Part shown: positions 1 through 10,934 of the stretch, one piece after another | Numbering within the stretch: position 1 is the stretch's first letter | How the letters are laid out: every line of letters begins with the position of its first letter | Assembly: GCA_031835245.2 (NCBI GenBank) | Contig: JAVKOQ020000015.1 | Span: 372,001 to 407,182, forward strand | DNA length: 35,182 nucleotides | Source: Balamuthia mandrillaris | Lineage: Eukaryota | Reading direction: 5' to 3' | Notes under the pieces: model-generated | What the model saw: only the letters and a program-made list of their open reading frames with translations | Databases searched by the model: none | Told to the model about the DNA's origin: nothing | Program-made: the position numbers and the translations under genes

Positions 1-113
1 CCCCCCAGGCCTGGGAGCAGCTCAACACTACAGTATGGCAGCTTGACTCTCTAACCCATACCTTGGTTATTCCGAAATTTTATCTGTAGCGCCTCACGAG
101 GACACCGAACGCC

Positions 114-2736
114 ATGGAGAAGCCTTCAACTGCCCGCTTAGAGGCAAGATTTCAATTTTTGCAGGCGGGTTTTTTTAAAAAAGAAAAACACTTCCAGCCC
201 TTCTGCAACATCACTTCTTAAGCTCTGACTCTCGTTTCTTGCAGCCCGATGAACAAGATCCTAAGGCAACAGAAGCAACTGGTGGCCTCGAGGAGCACTT
301 CAGTTGCACTCCTGGCCAACAAGCTTCCAATCTGCCCTTCCAAGAACTGGATCAGTTCGTTTTGCAAGCTCTCAAAAATCCACGCGACCGACTCATGATA
401 CTCAAGCTTGACCAAGAAATAGAAAAGTTTATGAATTCTTCTCGGTGTGCCCTTCTCCACGTTGAGCTTCTCTCTTCTTAGAGTCTTATTCACTAACCTC
501 CACTATTTTAGAACCAAGTTTGAATTTGGGCCAATGTCTTCCTACCAAAGGCTTATCGTACATAGGGTGGCCCAGTACTTTTCGTTGCGCCATACTTCTG
601 TTGAGGTTGGGTCAGGACAAAGAACTATCGTACTTTACAAGACAGCACAGAGCGGAATGTATGTTGTTGCTTTTTTGTTTCCTGTTCGTTCCTCGTTTTG
701 TATGGCTTTTGGAATTCACTCTCTTGCATAACAGACCAATTCTGCGGTTCAAAGACTTTCTGGAGCATTCCATTCCTCCACCTCAACCACAACCGGTGAA
801 AATTATGTTACGACGCAGGGAAAAGCAGCAGGAAAGCTCCTCAGCAAAAAATGAAAGCGAAACAGAGAGCACGGCAAATGGAGAGAATAGCTTGCTAGCA
901 ACCAGGCCCCTTTCCTTGGAAGAAAGGGAGGAAGCTTACGCCAAAGCACGGGCGAGAATATTTAACGAAACGCCAACCGATGACGCTGAAACGAGAACAA
1001 GGAAGACGCCTTCTCCACCACGTTCTGCAGATAGTGCGGGTCCTTCAGGCGAGTGTAGACACATGGAAAGTGTCACCAATGGACCGCACGAACAAGGAAC
1101 GGGTACTCAAGCAAGCAAAAAGAAAGATAACAGAGCAAGCTCTTTAAGTAGTCAAAAAGCAAAGAGTGGGTCTAGCTTTTCTTTTGGAGGCGGAAATGGG
1201 GGTCTCTTCATCCCGGATTACTCAAACTACTACCAAGATGCAACCAGCGTCTCACCCCTGTCTCTTACAGAAGTAACTCCTTACTCTACAAGCTTATTCC
1301 AACAGGCTCCGCTATACGATCAAGCCCACAGTGGCAGCCATCCTTTCCCTTTACTACCACAGGCTCTACACCCTCCCGTTTCTCACTGCTCTACTGTACC
1401 CACACACTGCCCAATTCCCCAAACCAGGGGTCGGAATTCTGCCATTCCAGTAGACTCCACATCAAGCCTTTCCTCAAGCATGCACCGTTCCTTGGCTCAC
1501 CAAACAGATGACTCTTCTCTTGATACACTCGACTCCAATGCCCCTGCTTATACCCTTCATTCCTTCTTTCACCAGCAACAGCAACAAGTTACCAACTATA
1601 CTTCTCGTGTTCAAGCTTCAACATCTGTCACCTTACCCTCTCTTATAACCTCAAGACAGCAACACCCCATAGCACCTGTTGGATTCTGTGCACTACCATC
1701 ATCGCTCTCATCGATTTTACCACCACCAAGCCTAACGATAGGGACACATCTCCCTACTCACGACCGGCACTCACCACAACTACCTTTTGTAGACACTACC
1801 ATGATGAGCGACTCGTTAATTCCTAAAGGCCCGTTCAGCGAAGGCGTTGACCACCGGAGTGCTGAGTTGCACTCTCATCTTGCACCTCTCACTTTGGATG
1901 CACAAGAACACCCTCTTCTCTCAACCAATTTCCCGCTGTTGTCCCATCCACTCCCGCCTCATTTTACAAACCAACAAAACCCGAGCCCTTCCTCCACTAC
2001 TACACTGCCAATGAGCAGCCGAAGCAATGCTAGCTTTCGCTCAGCTCCTTCCCACTCCTATCCCATTCCACAGCATCCCTTTCCCACCCATTATTTACCC
2101 ACCGCCGCCACCCCAACTCTTCCTGCCTTCCCTCATGCTGCTGCTGGTATGCTGTCTTGTAATATTGCCCATCAACCAAAATACAAACGGCCTCCCCCCA
2201 AATTCACTCGACTCTATGACCCCAACTCGCCCGCACCAGCTACCACCACGCACTCCTCACATGCCAATTCCTCCCACCAAGGCAACACTAACAACAGTAC
2301 CAATCACAACAAATCGACCACACACCCGAAGCAACAAGCCCGATTGCGTGCTCTTGCGTCCAACGGTGGCCTCGACTCGCCCACAGCAACCGCGGCCTTC
2401 GGCACTGGCTCTTCTAGCTCTACAAGTGGTAGCAGGCCAATGGTGCGCATGCCCCACATTTTGGAAGTCTACCCCATTGCTAGCTGGGATGCCACTACCA
2501 GTGATGACACCTCGGCCACTGCTTCTTCACAGCTTGCGGAGCAACTCGCTCAATTGGAAGCGACGTTAAGGCAGAAGGGGGCCTCTGTCAGGCGTCTAAG
2601 CAATACATCAGCCCTCGCCGTCTTCCCCAATTCAGAGGTTGCCCAAAAAGTGTTGGAAGAAGTCCAACTGCCCCCCTCTCTTGGTTTGCGTGCTTGGATC
2701 GTTCTTGCCACCACCATTGGTGCTTCTCCATGTTAG
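114..2736 (+). CDS. R3H and SUZ domain RNA-binding protein (R3HDM/ARPP21/Encore/Rbs1-like), 4 exons
   Basis: Exons 114-143, 245-444, 512-658 and 735-2736 join in frame (intron 1 GC-AG, the others GT-AG). R3H motif 'PMSSYQRLIVHRVAQYF', SUZ motif 'KIMLRR...SLEEREEAYAKARARIF', a long S/P/H low-complexity region, and a C-terminal RRM-like segment 'HILEVY...ALAVF'. Confidence 0.88.
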
Positions 2737-2902
2737 TCGTTATCAGGCGAAGAAGGTTCTGCCCGCCTTAAGGACACTCTAAAAATGTGCTTTTATCGGC
2801 GATGGGCGCGTCCCAGATCTTTCGTAAAGGAACCTAAGTCATACAAAGCCCATTATTTATTTTCCTTTTGCAAACTTGCTTCTACTCAACTTAAGTTTCT
2901 CG

Positions 2903-3109
2903 GTAGAAAGACGAGTGTTTAGGAAGTTTGTTCCTCTTCTTGCCATAAGCTCCTTTGCAAGCCCTTTTCCAAGCGCTTTGCGACCTTTAGGATTTTGCCT
3001 GCGTGCACGCTTGGAAAAGGAAAAGAACCATTTTTTAAATGCTTCTCAACGTTTCTTCCGTAGAAAGGCGAGTGTTTAGGAAGTTTGTTCCTCTTCTGCC
3101 ATAAGCTCC
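2903..3109. repeat. ~50-bp direct repeat (2903-2953 and 3060-3109) upstream of the oxidoreductase gene
   Basis: gtagaaagRcgagtgtttaggaagtttgttcctcttct(t)gccataagctcc occurs twice, with one substitution and one indel. Confidence 0.95.
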
Positions 3110-3158
3110 ACATCTGGCAACGACGGTACAACCCCGACTATCAGCTGCTGCTCTAAGA

Positions 3159-4490
3159 ATGATCGTGGTGGACCGGGCTCTGCTCCGGTTGGAGGAGGAA
3201 AAACGACCTATCCGGGTTGGCATGGTGGGTGCTGGAACAATGGGACGGGCTATCGCCAACCAGATCGTCAACAACACCAAGGGAATGAGACTTGCAGCAG
3301 TGCTAAATCGGACTTTGCAAAATGCTGTAGAGCTCTGCCAGGAGGTGGGCCTCCCCAAAGAACGTCTGATCATTCTGGACAGCCACGAGGCTAAGGAAGT
3401 CAACGACCACAACACCGAGATATTGCCTGAGGACAATACAGATGAGCGGGTGCTGCTCACCAACTCCGTTGAGGTGTTTTTCCAAGTGCCCAAGCTGGAC
3501 ATCGTTTTGGAGGTGACGGGCACCATCCTATTCGCGGCAGATATCTGTTTGAGAGCTTTCCAAGCAAAGAAGGATGTCGTGGTAATGAACGCAGAGCTGG
3601 ACGGGACCCTTGGCCCTATCCTCAAAACCTATGCCGACCGAGAGGGAGTGATCTTCAGCAATAGTGATGGGGACCAACCAGGAGTTGAAATGAACCTCTA
3701 TCGCTACGTGAAGCAGCTGGGGCTCACTCCTCTCGTCTGCGGCAACATAAAAGGCTTTCACAACATTTACAGGAACCCTGACACACAGGCCGAGTTTGCT
3801 GCCCGTTGGAAACAGAGCCCGAACATGGTAACCAGCTTCTGCGATGGCACCAAGGTTAGTTTCGAGCAGGCTGTTGTGGCCAATGCCACTGGCATGCGAG
3901 TGACAAAGCGGGGCATGAATGGCAAGACTTATGCGTGCCATGTGGATGAGCTCACCCAGTGTTATGACGTGGAGGAACTCCGAAGATTCGGAGGAATTGT
4001 GGACTATGTTGTTGGTACACGTCCAGCGCCTGGAATATTCGTCCTGGCCTCCTGTGATGACCCCAAACAGCAACATCTCTTGGAGTACTACAAGCTCGGA
4101 AAAGGTCCACTCTACAGTTTCTACACACCATACCACTTGTGTCATTTTGAGGTTCCCATCTCATTGGCTCGGATTGCCATCTTTCGTGACACAGTGCTTG
4201 CCCCACTAAATGGCCCAGTTGTTGATGTTGTAGCAGCTGCCAAAATTGAGCTGAAGCCAGGGGACGTGCTTGATTCCTTTGGAGGATTTATGACCTATGG
4301 CCTTTGTGAGGATTCCAAAAAAACTTACCAGGAGAGACTGCTACCTATTGGCCTTGTTGAAGGATGCACAATAATACGACCAGTGGCTAAAGACCAAGTA
4401 TTAACTTATGATGATATCCAACTGCCAAAGAAACGAACAATTGATAAACTTAGAAAAGAGCAAAACCAGTTATTTTTTGAAAACAAGTGA
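3159..4490 (+). CDS. Homoserine-dehydrogenase-like NAD(P)-binding oxidoreductase with C-terminal SAF domain (COG4091 type), intronless
   Basis: 443-aa ORF. Rossmann motif 'IRVGMVGAGTMG', family motifs 'MNAELDGTLGPIL', 'DGDQPGV', 'DGTKVSFEQAVVANATG', 'FYTPYHLCHFE', and an SAF-like C-terminus 'LKPGDVLDSFGGF...LPIGL...V.KDQVLTYDD'. Confidence 0.9.
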   Translation: MIVVDRALLRLEEEKRPIRVGMVGAGTMGRAIANQIVNNTKGMRLAAVLNRTLQNAVELCQEVGLPKERLIILDSHEAKEVNDHNTEILPEDNTDERVLLTNSVEVFFQVPKLDIVLEVTGTILFAADICLRAFQAKKDVVVMNAELDGTLGPILKTYADREGVIFSNSDGDQPGVEMNLYRYVKQLGLTPLVCGNIKGFHNIYRNPDTQAEFAARWKQSPNMVTSFCDGTKVSFEQAVVANATGMRVTKRGMNGKTYACHVDELTQCYDVEELRRFGGIVDYVVGTRPAPGIFVLASCDDPKQQHLLEYYKLGKGPLYSFYTPYHLCHFEVPISLARIAIFRDTVLAPLNGPVVDVVAAAKIELKPGDVLDSFGGFMTYGLCEDSKKTYQERLLPIGLVEGCTIIRPVAKDQVLTYDDIQLPKKRTIDKLRKEQNQLFFENK

Positions 4491-4789
4491 TTTTATTTAT
4501 TATATAAAATGAATACTCAGTTGAATCATTACCTTGAATCATTTTTGTTTAAGCTAGGCTTATTATTATAGAAAGATCTTCAGAATGGCTTAGTGTAAAC
4601 ATTAAAGATCAATGACATTATGCATCAATAGAAAAGAAAAAAGGAACAAAGAAGCGTTGGTTATTATTATTGGTGAATAGTTTGCTTGCATGAGTACTTC
4701 ACTAGAAGCTCTTTAACATGTCCTTGTCATCTATAGTAACAAGTGTCAAGCAGTATTTGACACTCTTTAATGCTTCTCATAATGAACTC

Positions 4790-5100
4790 AGTGCAGTTTT
4801 TATCAAGAGGTAAACGCAACACCATACCATATATAAAAAGAATTGTATATGCGTAGTATACTCTAACTTCTTGTACTCCCTCATCCAAAATGCCTTCTCA
4901 ATTGTTATATCACAAGTGAAAGGTATTGAATGAGCTTTCAGACCTGCTTTGTAACATCTATCTATCCTGTTCTTTCCTTTTACAATGTTGAATTTTTGAC
5001 TGGCATAATTCTTTCTATTGTATAGAGCTCTCGCCTTCCTTCTCACTCCCAATCATCAAAGTACAATGATCAAATTCAACATTTTTCATGGACGCAGCAT
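4790..5100 (-). mobile_element. Old, diverged copy of the L1-like LINE 3' end
   Basis: Aligns by eye with 5980-6220 (e.g. cacaagtgaaaggtattgaatgagctttcagac vs cacaagtgaaaggtgttgaatgagatttcagac). Boundaries approximate. Confidence 0.7.
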
Positions 5101-5139
5101 TCTAGAGGAGGTCTCAATTTTTAATTTTTTTTTTGGTAG

Positions 5140-5700
5140 GCAATGACTGTGCTGTATGTAGCAATCCATCCTCTTGCTTTGCATTAGCTGCACTATATGA
5201 TGTAGCTCTTTGTTTTATTTTTTTTTGGCTAGCCAACAATGTCAGTGCTATATAGTGCAGCACCTTTCCTTTCCTCTTTTATTCATGTTTGCCTAGTCAG
5301 CAGTGGCTGCATTATACAGCGAGGCTCCTTCCTCTTGCTTTTCTATTCTGTTTGTTCACCTGGCACTGACTACATTATATGACACAGCTCCTTTTCTCTC
5401 GCTCGTTTATTCTGTGATAAGGCTGGTGAGAAAACAACCCATTGGATAATACTAACTCGTTATGTGCAGGGAAAGACCTTAAATAGAATGAAAGAAAGAG
5501 ATATATATACATGAAGAGATAAGGACAGGTATCACAGGAGAGTGGTATAATTCTTTTTGTTTGGCTTGCAGACAATGGCTGCATCATATAGCACAGTTCC
5601 ATCCTCTAGCTCTCTATTTTTTCTTTTTAGCTAGCCAGTAGGAGCTGGTGCTTTTTAGCACAGCTCTTTTCCTCTCCTCTTTTTTTATTCTCATTCCTTT
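5140..5700. repeat. Degenerate ~60-bp minisatellite (about 7 units), interrupted by an LTR fragment
   Basis: Recurring unit resembling agccagcaatggctgcattatatagcacagctccttcctcttgctttttt near 5140, 5180, 5230, 5295, 5360, 5570 and 5630. Confidence 0.65.
5413..5550 (-). mobile_element. Partial LTR, same family as 17351-17643 and 17722-17951
   Basis: tgtgataaggctggtgagaaaacaaccc...atagaatgaaagaaagagatatatatac...ggagagtggtataa matches the reverse complement of about 17793-17928. Confidence 0.75.
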
Positions 5701-5979
5701 TCTATTTTATTCTCTCTTTTGCCTGCTCACTACTATTCATACCAATGTTCATAATAGTCAGGTTGGCATCAACCATCAAATGATTTAGATTGGAAAATCA
5801 ATTAGTAAGTTCAATTCAATAGGTGTGCTGTCCCTTGATGAACGTCATGTGTTTTTATTAATAGAGTTGCCCTTTGCTCTGTGCATGAATCTGAATAGTA
5901 TTTAACAACATGTCATAATGATACACATTTAAAGGAGATACAATAGAAAAGAACAGGTTCAACATGAAAGATAAGATAT

Positions 5980-6440
5980 AGTAGTAGTAGAAGTTTATTT
6001 GCTCTGAGAGCAACACCAATCTATACATAAAAAGTAAGCATTGTACATACATAGTGTACTCTTACTTCTCTTACTTCCTCATCCTCAATGCCTTCCCAAT
6101 TGTTATTCAAATTCACAAGTGAAAGGTGTTGAATGAGATTTCAGACTGACTTTGTATCATCTAGCTATCCTTTTCATTCCCTTTTCCTTTCTTCTCTTTT
6201 CCTTGCTTTTACATTACTTCCAAAGATTGATAAAATGCAGAAAAACTTCCATGCTCCAAACTTGCTCTTGCTGCCCATAATCTCCAGACTCGTTTACAAC
6301 TTTGCTTACATTGTTCCATCTCTTGAGCTCTGTTGCATTTCTTTCCACTTGACAGGAGCTTTTCAAGTTGCTTCCCTGTAGTTTATATAGAAAGTAGGTT
6401 TCTCTTTTAATTTTGCTTATTGATTTTTGAGATTAATTAG
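5980..6440 (-). mobile_element. 5'-truncated 3' end of an L1/Tx1-like LINE (degenerate C-terminal Cys/His region, 3' UTR, AATAAA, (TAC)n tail)
   Basis: Minus strand translates 'KCNRAQEMEQCKQSCKRVWRLW', resembling the L1-clade C-terminal zinc knuckle, and ends gcaaataaacttctactactact. 5980-6220 is nearly identical to 12325-12569. Confidence 0.72.
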
Positions 6441-6689
6441 AGACACAGTACAAACAAAATGGAGCATTTCCTTTTGAAAATCTGATGAATTTAAAAATAT
6501 TTTCAAAATAATTTTCCTTTTCATTTATTAAAAAAAAAATGAGAAAGGTGTCACGCAGGAGGAAAAAGAAAAAATTTTGATTTGTCCCTCACCTACAAAA
6601 CGCTGAGGAGATGAGAGAGACCTTTACTATTTATTTATTTTCTAAGGGGGTGTGTGTTCTCCTATTTTATAAAACAAAACACAACCTTG

Positions 6690-8435
6690 TTGTAGATTTT
6701 CTCCAAGGGCTCAGAAGGGATGGTCTCCTGATTAAAAATAACCACCCATCAAATAGCATCAAACAGCATCATAGTAATAATCTCCCCTCACTTCAAAAGT
6801 CTTCTCTCTCTACAGCGTCCCCCAACTCGGCACCTCTAACACAGAAACATAAACCACCCAGCAAGCAACTCCCCGTAACCCCCATAATGGTAATCACCCT
6901 CACAATTTTAACCAGAAAAAACACACAAACACACAACACATCCCACACTCCCCTCCACAATAAACCCCTGCTCCCTTTCACCCACATAACCAACAAAACA
7001 AACATCCATATCAAAGACCAGGCACAGGAAAAAGTGCCTAGCAGGTTAAAGTCGACAAAAATCTATACACCTGAGGGGTCCCTCCTAATTCTCCTGCCAA
7101 AAACTAAACCCAACAAAACGCCTTGACAACCTGCAATTAATTTTGTCCCACTGTCCTTCTGTGTTATACTTTCTCAACAACTGACCATTTGTTGAGAAAG
7201 TATAACACAACATCAACCAACCTTCCCTATACATGAGCAAAAAGACCCTCAGTAAGCAAATGACAGCAAAAGGACTTTGCACAGGTGGAAATTAAAAGAG
7301 ATCCAGAAAACAAAGAGAGTAGAGACTTTGGCTATGTTACTATTGAATCCTGAGCACAACTGGCCTCTGCAATGTTAGTCTCCTTTGGCTACCCAGAGAG
7401 GAAAAGACCAGCCCTCATTTCACTCAAAAAGGACAGACCTATAAGCTATGGAGACAAATAACAACTCACCAACCCCTCCTTCCTCTTTTCCTCTCTCCAC
7501 AACAAACATGCTCTTAAAAATAACCTCCCTCAATATTTGAGGAGGAATCTCCAATAAACTCTCCAAACTCTTAAAAATGCAGAAAAAACATAATATTGAC
7601 ATCCTTTGTCTACAAGAATGTGCAACTAAAACACAAAAATGGACCAGGTCTGTCCCAAAAAACCTTACTACAATAACCTCCAGTACTCCAACAGACAAAA
7701 ACAGCCACAGAGGAGTTGCTTTCATCTTTCCATCCTATCTAGCAGGATATATCCAACCCTTACAACCACCACCAGACAACATCAAAGACAGGGTGATAGC
7801 AATAAAGCTAAGTAACTCTAAACTTGAAAAGCTAATCTTGGTCAACATATATGCCCCAGCAAACAGAACAGAAAATAAACTATTTTGGAATGGAGACATT
7901 AACAATTACCTTACAAGCCTTAAAAACAAAGGCCCAATAACAGTATGTGGAGACCTCAATGCCTATGATGATCCTCATGATAACTCCAATGGAAATGGCA
8001 AACCTAATAAAAACTTTTCCCAGTTTAAAGAATGCCATAACCTACAAGATGCATTTTGACATTTCAATGACAGCCTTAGAACACCCACCCATGAACAATA
8101 CATCTTTACCAGAAAATACACACAAAGGACCCGCATAGACTACTTTCTTACAGAAAGAATTGAAAAACTCATTTCCACTAAACTTGGTAAAACAAATATT
8201 TCAACAGACCATAAACCTATTACTGCCACAATAAACCTTCAATGTACCAGGCCAACAATCCCAAAGAAACGCCTCCTTCCTTATCAAAGAAAACAGAAGA
8301 CACAGAATAAAGTAACACACTACTTGGAATAGAACTTGATATAACTCCAACAAACCCTCATAATATTATGCTTAGATATGTTAATGCTGCCAAAAAGGCC
8401 CTTCCACCTCCCAAACAAACAAAACACCCACTTTA
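6690..8435 (+). mobile_element. Decayed L1/Tx1-like LINE 5' part: ORF1 remnant plus APE endonuclease pseudogene (ATG at 7508)
   Basis: 'MLLKITSLNI*GG...DILCLQE...LVNIYAPAN...VCGDLNA...LQDAF*H...RIDYFL...STDHKPI' is a full APE motif set with in-frame TGA stops at 7538 and 8057. The sense strand is A/C-rich. No RT follows. Confidence 0.85.
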
Positions 8436-8436
8436 A

Positions 8437-8630
8437 GCAGCTGGCCAACGCCTTTGCTTTCGTCAGCAGCAACATCAAGAATGTCTCTGTTTCAAGGCGA
8501 CTGCCAGGGCCGCCCTTCACTTGGAGAAGCCCATCATCATCATGGCCAACCTCATGGACTGCACTGAGGATGAAAGCAAGAAAGGCAGCAGCGAGCGAAT
8601 GAACCTCCAAAAGAGTGTCCTTGTTGGAAA
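8437..8630 (+). pseudogene. Possible host-gene exon fragment, weakly GTPase-like
   Basis: Abrupt switch to GC-richer, coding-like sequence. 'AALHLEKPIIIMANLMD' resembles the strand leading to the NKxD (G4) motif. Confidence 0.25.
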
Positions 8631-8905
8631 ACCAATAATTCGCATCATTATGACTTCCTGGGAACACTCTCCCTGGATACCTCCAAATTTTCTCACCCTT
8701 TTTATTTTCCTCTTTTTCTCATGACACATTCAAAGCATACACTTTGGTCCCCTTTTTCATGTGAATAAACCCAGATTCGCTTATGTGCTGTTCCTTTCTT
8801 GATCCACAGGGTTATTCCTCATCAACATTTTTTTATGCATTCAGTTTTACCTTCTTTTGTTTCGGAAAGAAAAAGAGACTAACAACATTTCCTTGCAGCT
8901 TTCAG

Positions 8906-8982
8906 GTGATGAGAAAAAGACACACTTGTCGCCTTTGGCAACAATGATGGCAGGTGGTCTGGCTGGCATTCTCTACTGGGCC
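8906..8982 (+). pseudogene. Mitochondrial carrier (SLC25) exon fragment, start of repeat 3
   Basis: Follows an acceptor ttcag and reads 'DEKKTHLSPLATMMAGGLAGILYWA', a typical carrier odd-numbered helix, broken before the PxDxxK motif. Confidence 0.7.
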
Positions 8983-9235
8983 AATCCAAAGCTCTTGAAG
9001 AGCAATGTTCTGGGAATAGCAAGTTCTGCGAAAGAGAAAACCACATGATCTCTCCGTACCCAATAATTTTTTTTTGCTCCGTACTTTGGGTAACGGTTCT
9101 TTTTGCCTTTTTTCCGTCTCCATGTCATGATTTCCTTTCCGGGTCTGACACGTCATTATGTAACCTGGAAACCAACGCCTTAAGGCGTTGATTATGTCGA
9201 CAGTATCTCTAACTAATGGAAAATCAAACATTTTT

Positions 9236-9410
9236 TTATCCGAGATACGCCTGCACGACCTCATAAACAGTGAAGCAGGCTGCATTGACAGGGAAGGACC
9301 GAACCGCAGCCACTCTGAAGCCCTTCCAAAAGCCTTGAAAGACTTGGGTGCACAGAATGTCGACTGCGCATTGCCACGTTGTCTTGAAGTGGAATTGGCT
9401 AGGGTCCATC
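9236..9410 (-). pseudogene. Mitochondrial carrier (carnitine/ornithine-carrier-like) C-terminal fragment, inverted relative to the upstream exon
   Basis: 'DPSQFHFKTTWQCAVDILCTQVFQGFWKGFRVAAVRSFPVNAACFTVYEVVQAYLG*' matches the SLC25 C-terminal consensus GxxGFxKG...RxFPxNAxxFxxYE. Confidence 0.8.
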
Positions 9411-10554
9411 ACCAGAAAATGAGGATGTCGGCTGATATCCAGTCGGCCGACAACAGCTGATATGGTTTCTGACAAGTTTGATGTCAGAAAGCAGATATCA
9501 GCTGATATGAGCAGACCTCGTTTGATATTAAGCAAACTACCTTATATAGTAAGCAGACTTTCTTCGACCTTTCTTCCATTTACCATTTTCCATCGAGGAG
9601 ATTAACGTATCGAAAATAATTTCAAATTTATTTTGAATATTTATTTGTTAGAGAAAAAAGTTGATCAATAAAAGATTTGGCAGAGTGGGTGGATGGCCAG
9701 GTTTTAGGTGGGCTGGTCCTGTAGCGCCGCAGGGTAGGAGACCAAGGGGAATAGCATGCCTGCAGGAATTATCTAAAAGGTCTATTCCTGCAGGCTTACA
9801 GGCTTGTTCATCGGGTTTATGCTGCTGGCATGGCACCTTTTGGCAAGTGCCCTTGTTGATGAGCTTGAGTTAGTGAGGAAAAGGAGGAGAAAAGAACTAA
9901 ACACGTAGACCCGGCCTCACGTTGAGCAGTGGATTTTTGAGGTTTTTGCGTCAAGATTGTTTTTTTTATCAGAAAAAGGGGCAAGTGGTAAAAGCAAAGT
10001 TGGATTGGTACAGCACCATTCCCGAGGCAAATAAATAAAATCTATGAGGGACAGAACAGTGGGAAAAATCTAAAACAAACAACAGCAAAGCACACTTACC
10101 AGCTGGATAGTGCGATGGCTTTTTCCCTCTCTTCCCTTCTCCCTCTCTCTCTCTCTTTCCCCCTCTCCCTCTCTCTCTCTCTCTCTCTCTCTTAGAGACA
10201 GCTCTTGTATGTGGTGGTGTCATGGGTCTCCTTTTCAGTGGACATTATGTGTGTGTGGTGTTGGTAAAAAAAGTTGAAAAATAAAAGTATGCCTGTGCAC
10301 CCCATTTTTTCCTGCCGATTAAAGGTGGCACCTTTACAAGCAAAAGAAAGATTTTTTGCTTTAGTCCCTTTTTCTTGGTGTGTCTGCTATTGTCAACAGA
10401 AAAGTTGAACACTGTGTGCCTGTTCACCTTAGCAGGAAAACCCAAACAAAGCAAGTTCAGCCTGATTTCAGGAGAGAAACCTGCATAAAACAGACGTCTT
10501 ACAGCGTCTTAAGCAAAATAGCAGGAGGACATGATCATCCACGTCAGCACCATG

Positions 10555-10655
10555 TCATTAGGGATAAGCCCCTTAATAGAATGAAAGAAATATATATCTC
10601 TTTGAGGTCCAATCTTGTGATCAAGATCAGCACAATGGAAAGTTAGCAGAGTTAT
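10555..10655. repeat. Scrambled fragments related to the LTR family
   Basis: taatagaatgaaagaaatatatat (as at 5482 and 17419) followed by atcagcacaatggaaag (compare 17726 atcagcacaatagaaag). Confidence 0.5.
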
Positions 10656-10934
10656 GAACTGAAATTGCGATGTGTACATCCATTGGCATTTTTCCAGTTG
10701 CGTGGCAGTTTTTTTCACACACAAAAAAAAATATTTCTTGGAGTTTATTTTTTTTTTAAACAACAAACACATAAACACAAGTGAAAAGGTTTTTGTTGTT
10801 TCGATCTTGAGGCAAAGGGTGGCTATGATGAAGGGGGACATGACAGCCTGGACGTGCTTGACACCAAAAGGTGTGCCCATGCTTTTTCTGTCAATATAGG
10901 TTCAAGAGTGTTCAATGAGAACCTTAGTGTACTC

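Noticed and set aside
520..734. N-terminus of the 738-aa ORF as listed in the ORF track
   Set aside because: It is out-of-frame exon 3 plus intron sequence. The true frame is recovered by splicing.
2764..2772. ccgccttaa motif matching the MITE terminus
   Set aside because: Only 8-9 bp with no adjacent homology, so compatible with chance.
5140..5700. CRISPR-like array
   Set aside because: Units are highly degenerate, linkers are low-complexity T tracts rather than unique spacers, no cas genes are present, and the context is eukaryotic.
10780..10900. piggyBac-like Cys-rich C-terminus on the minus strand ('TFWCQARPGCHVPLHH')
   Set aside because: Too short and degenerate, with no adjacent transposase core.
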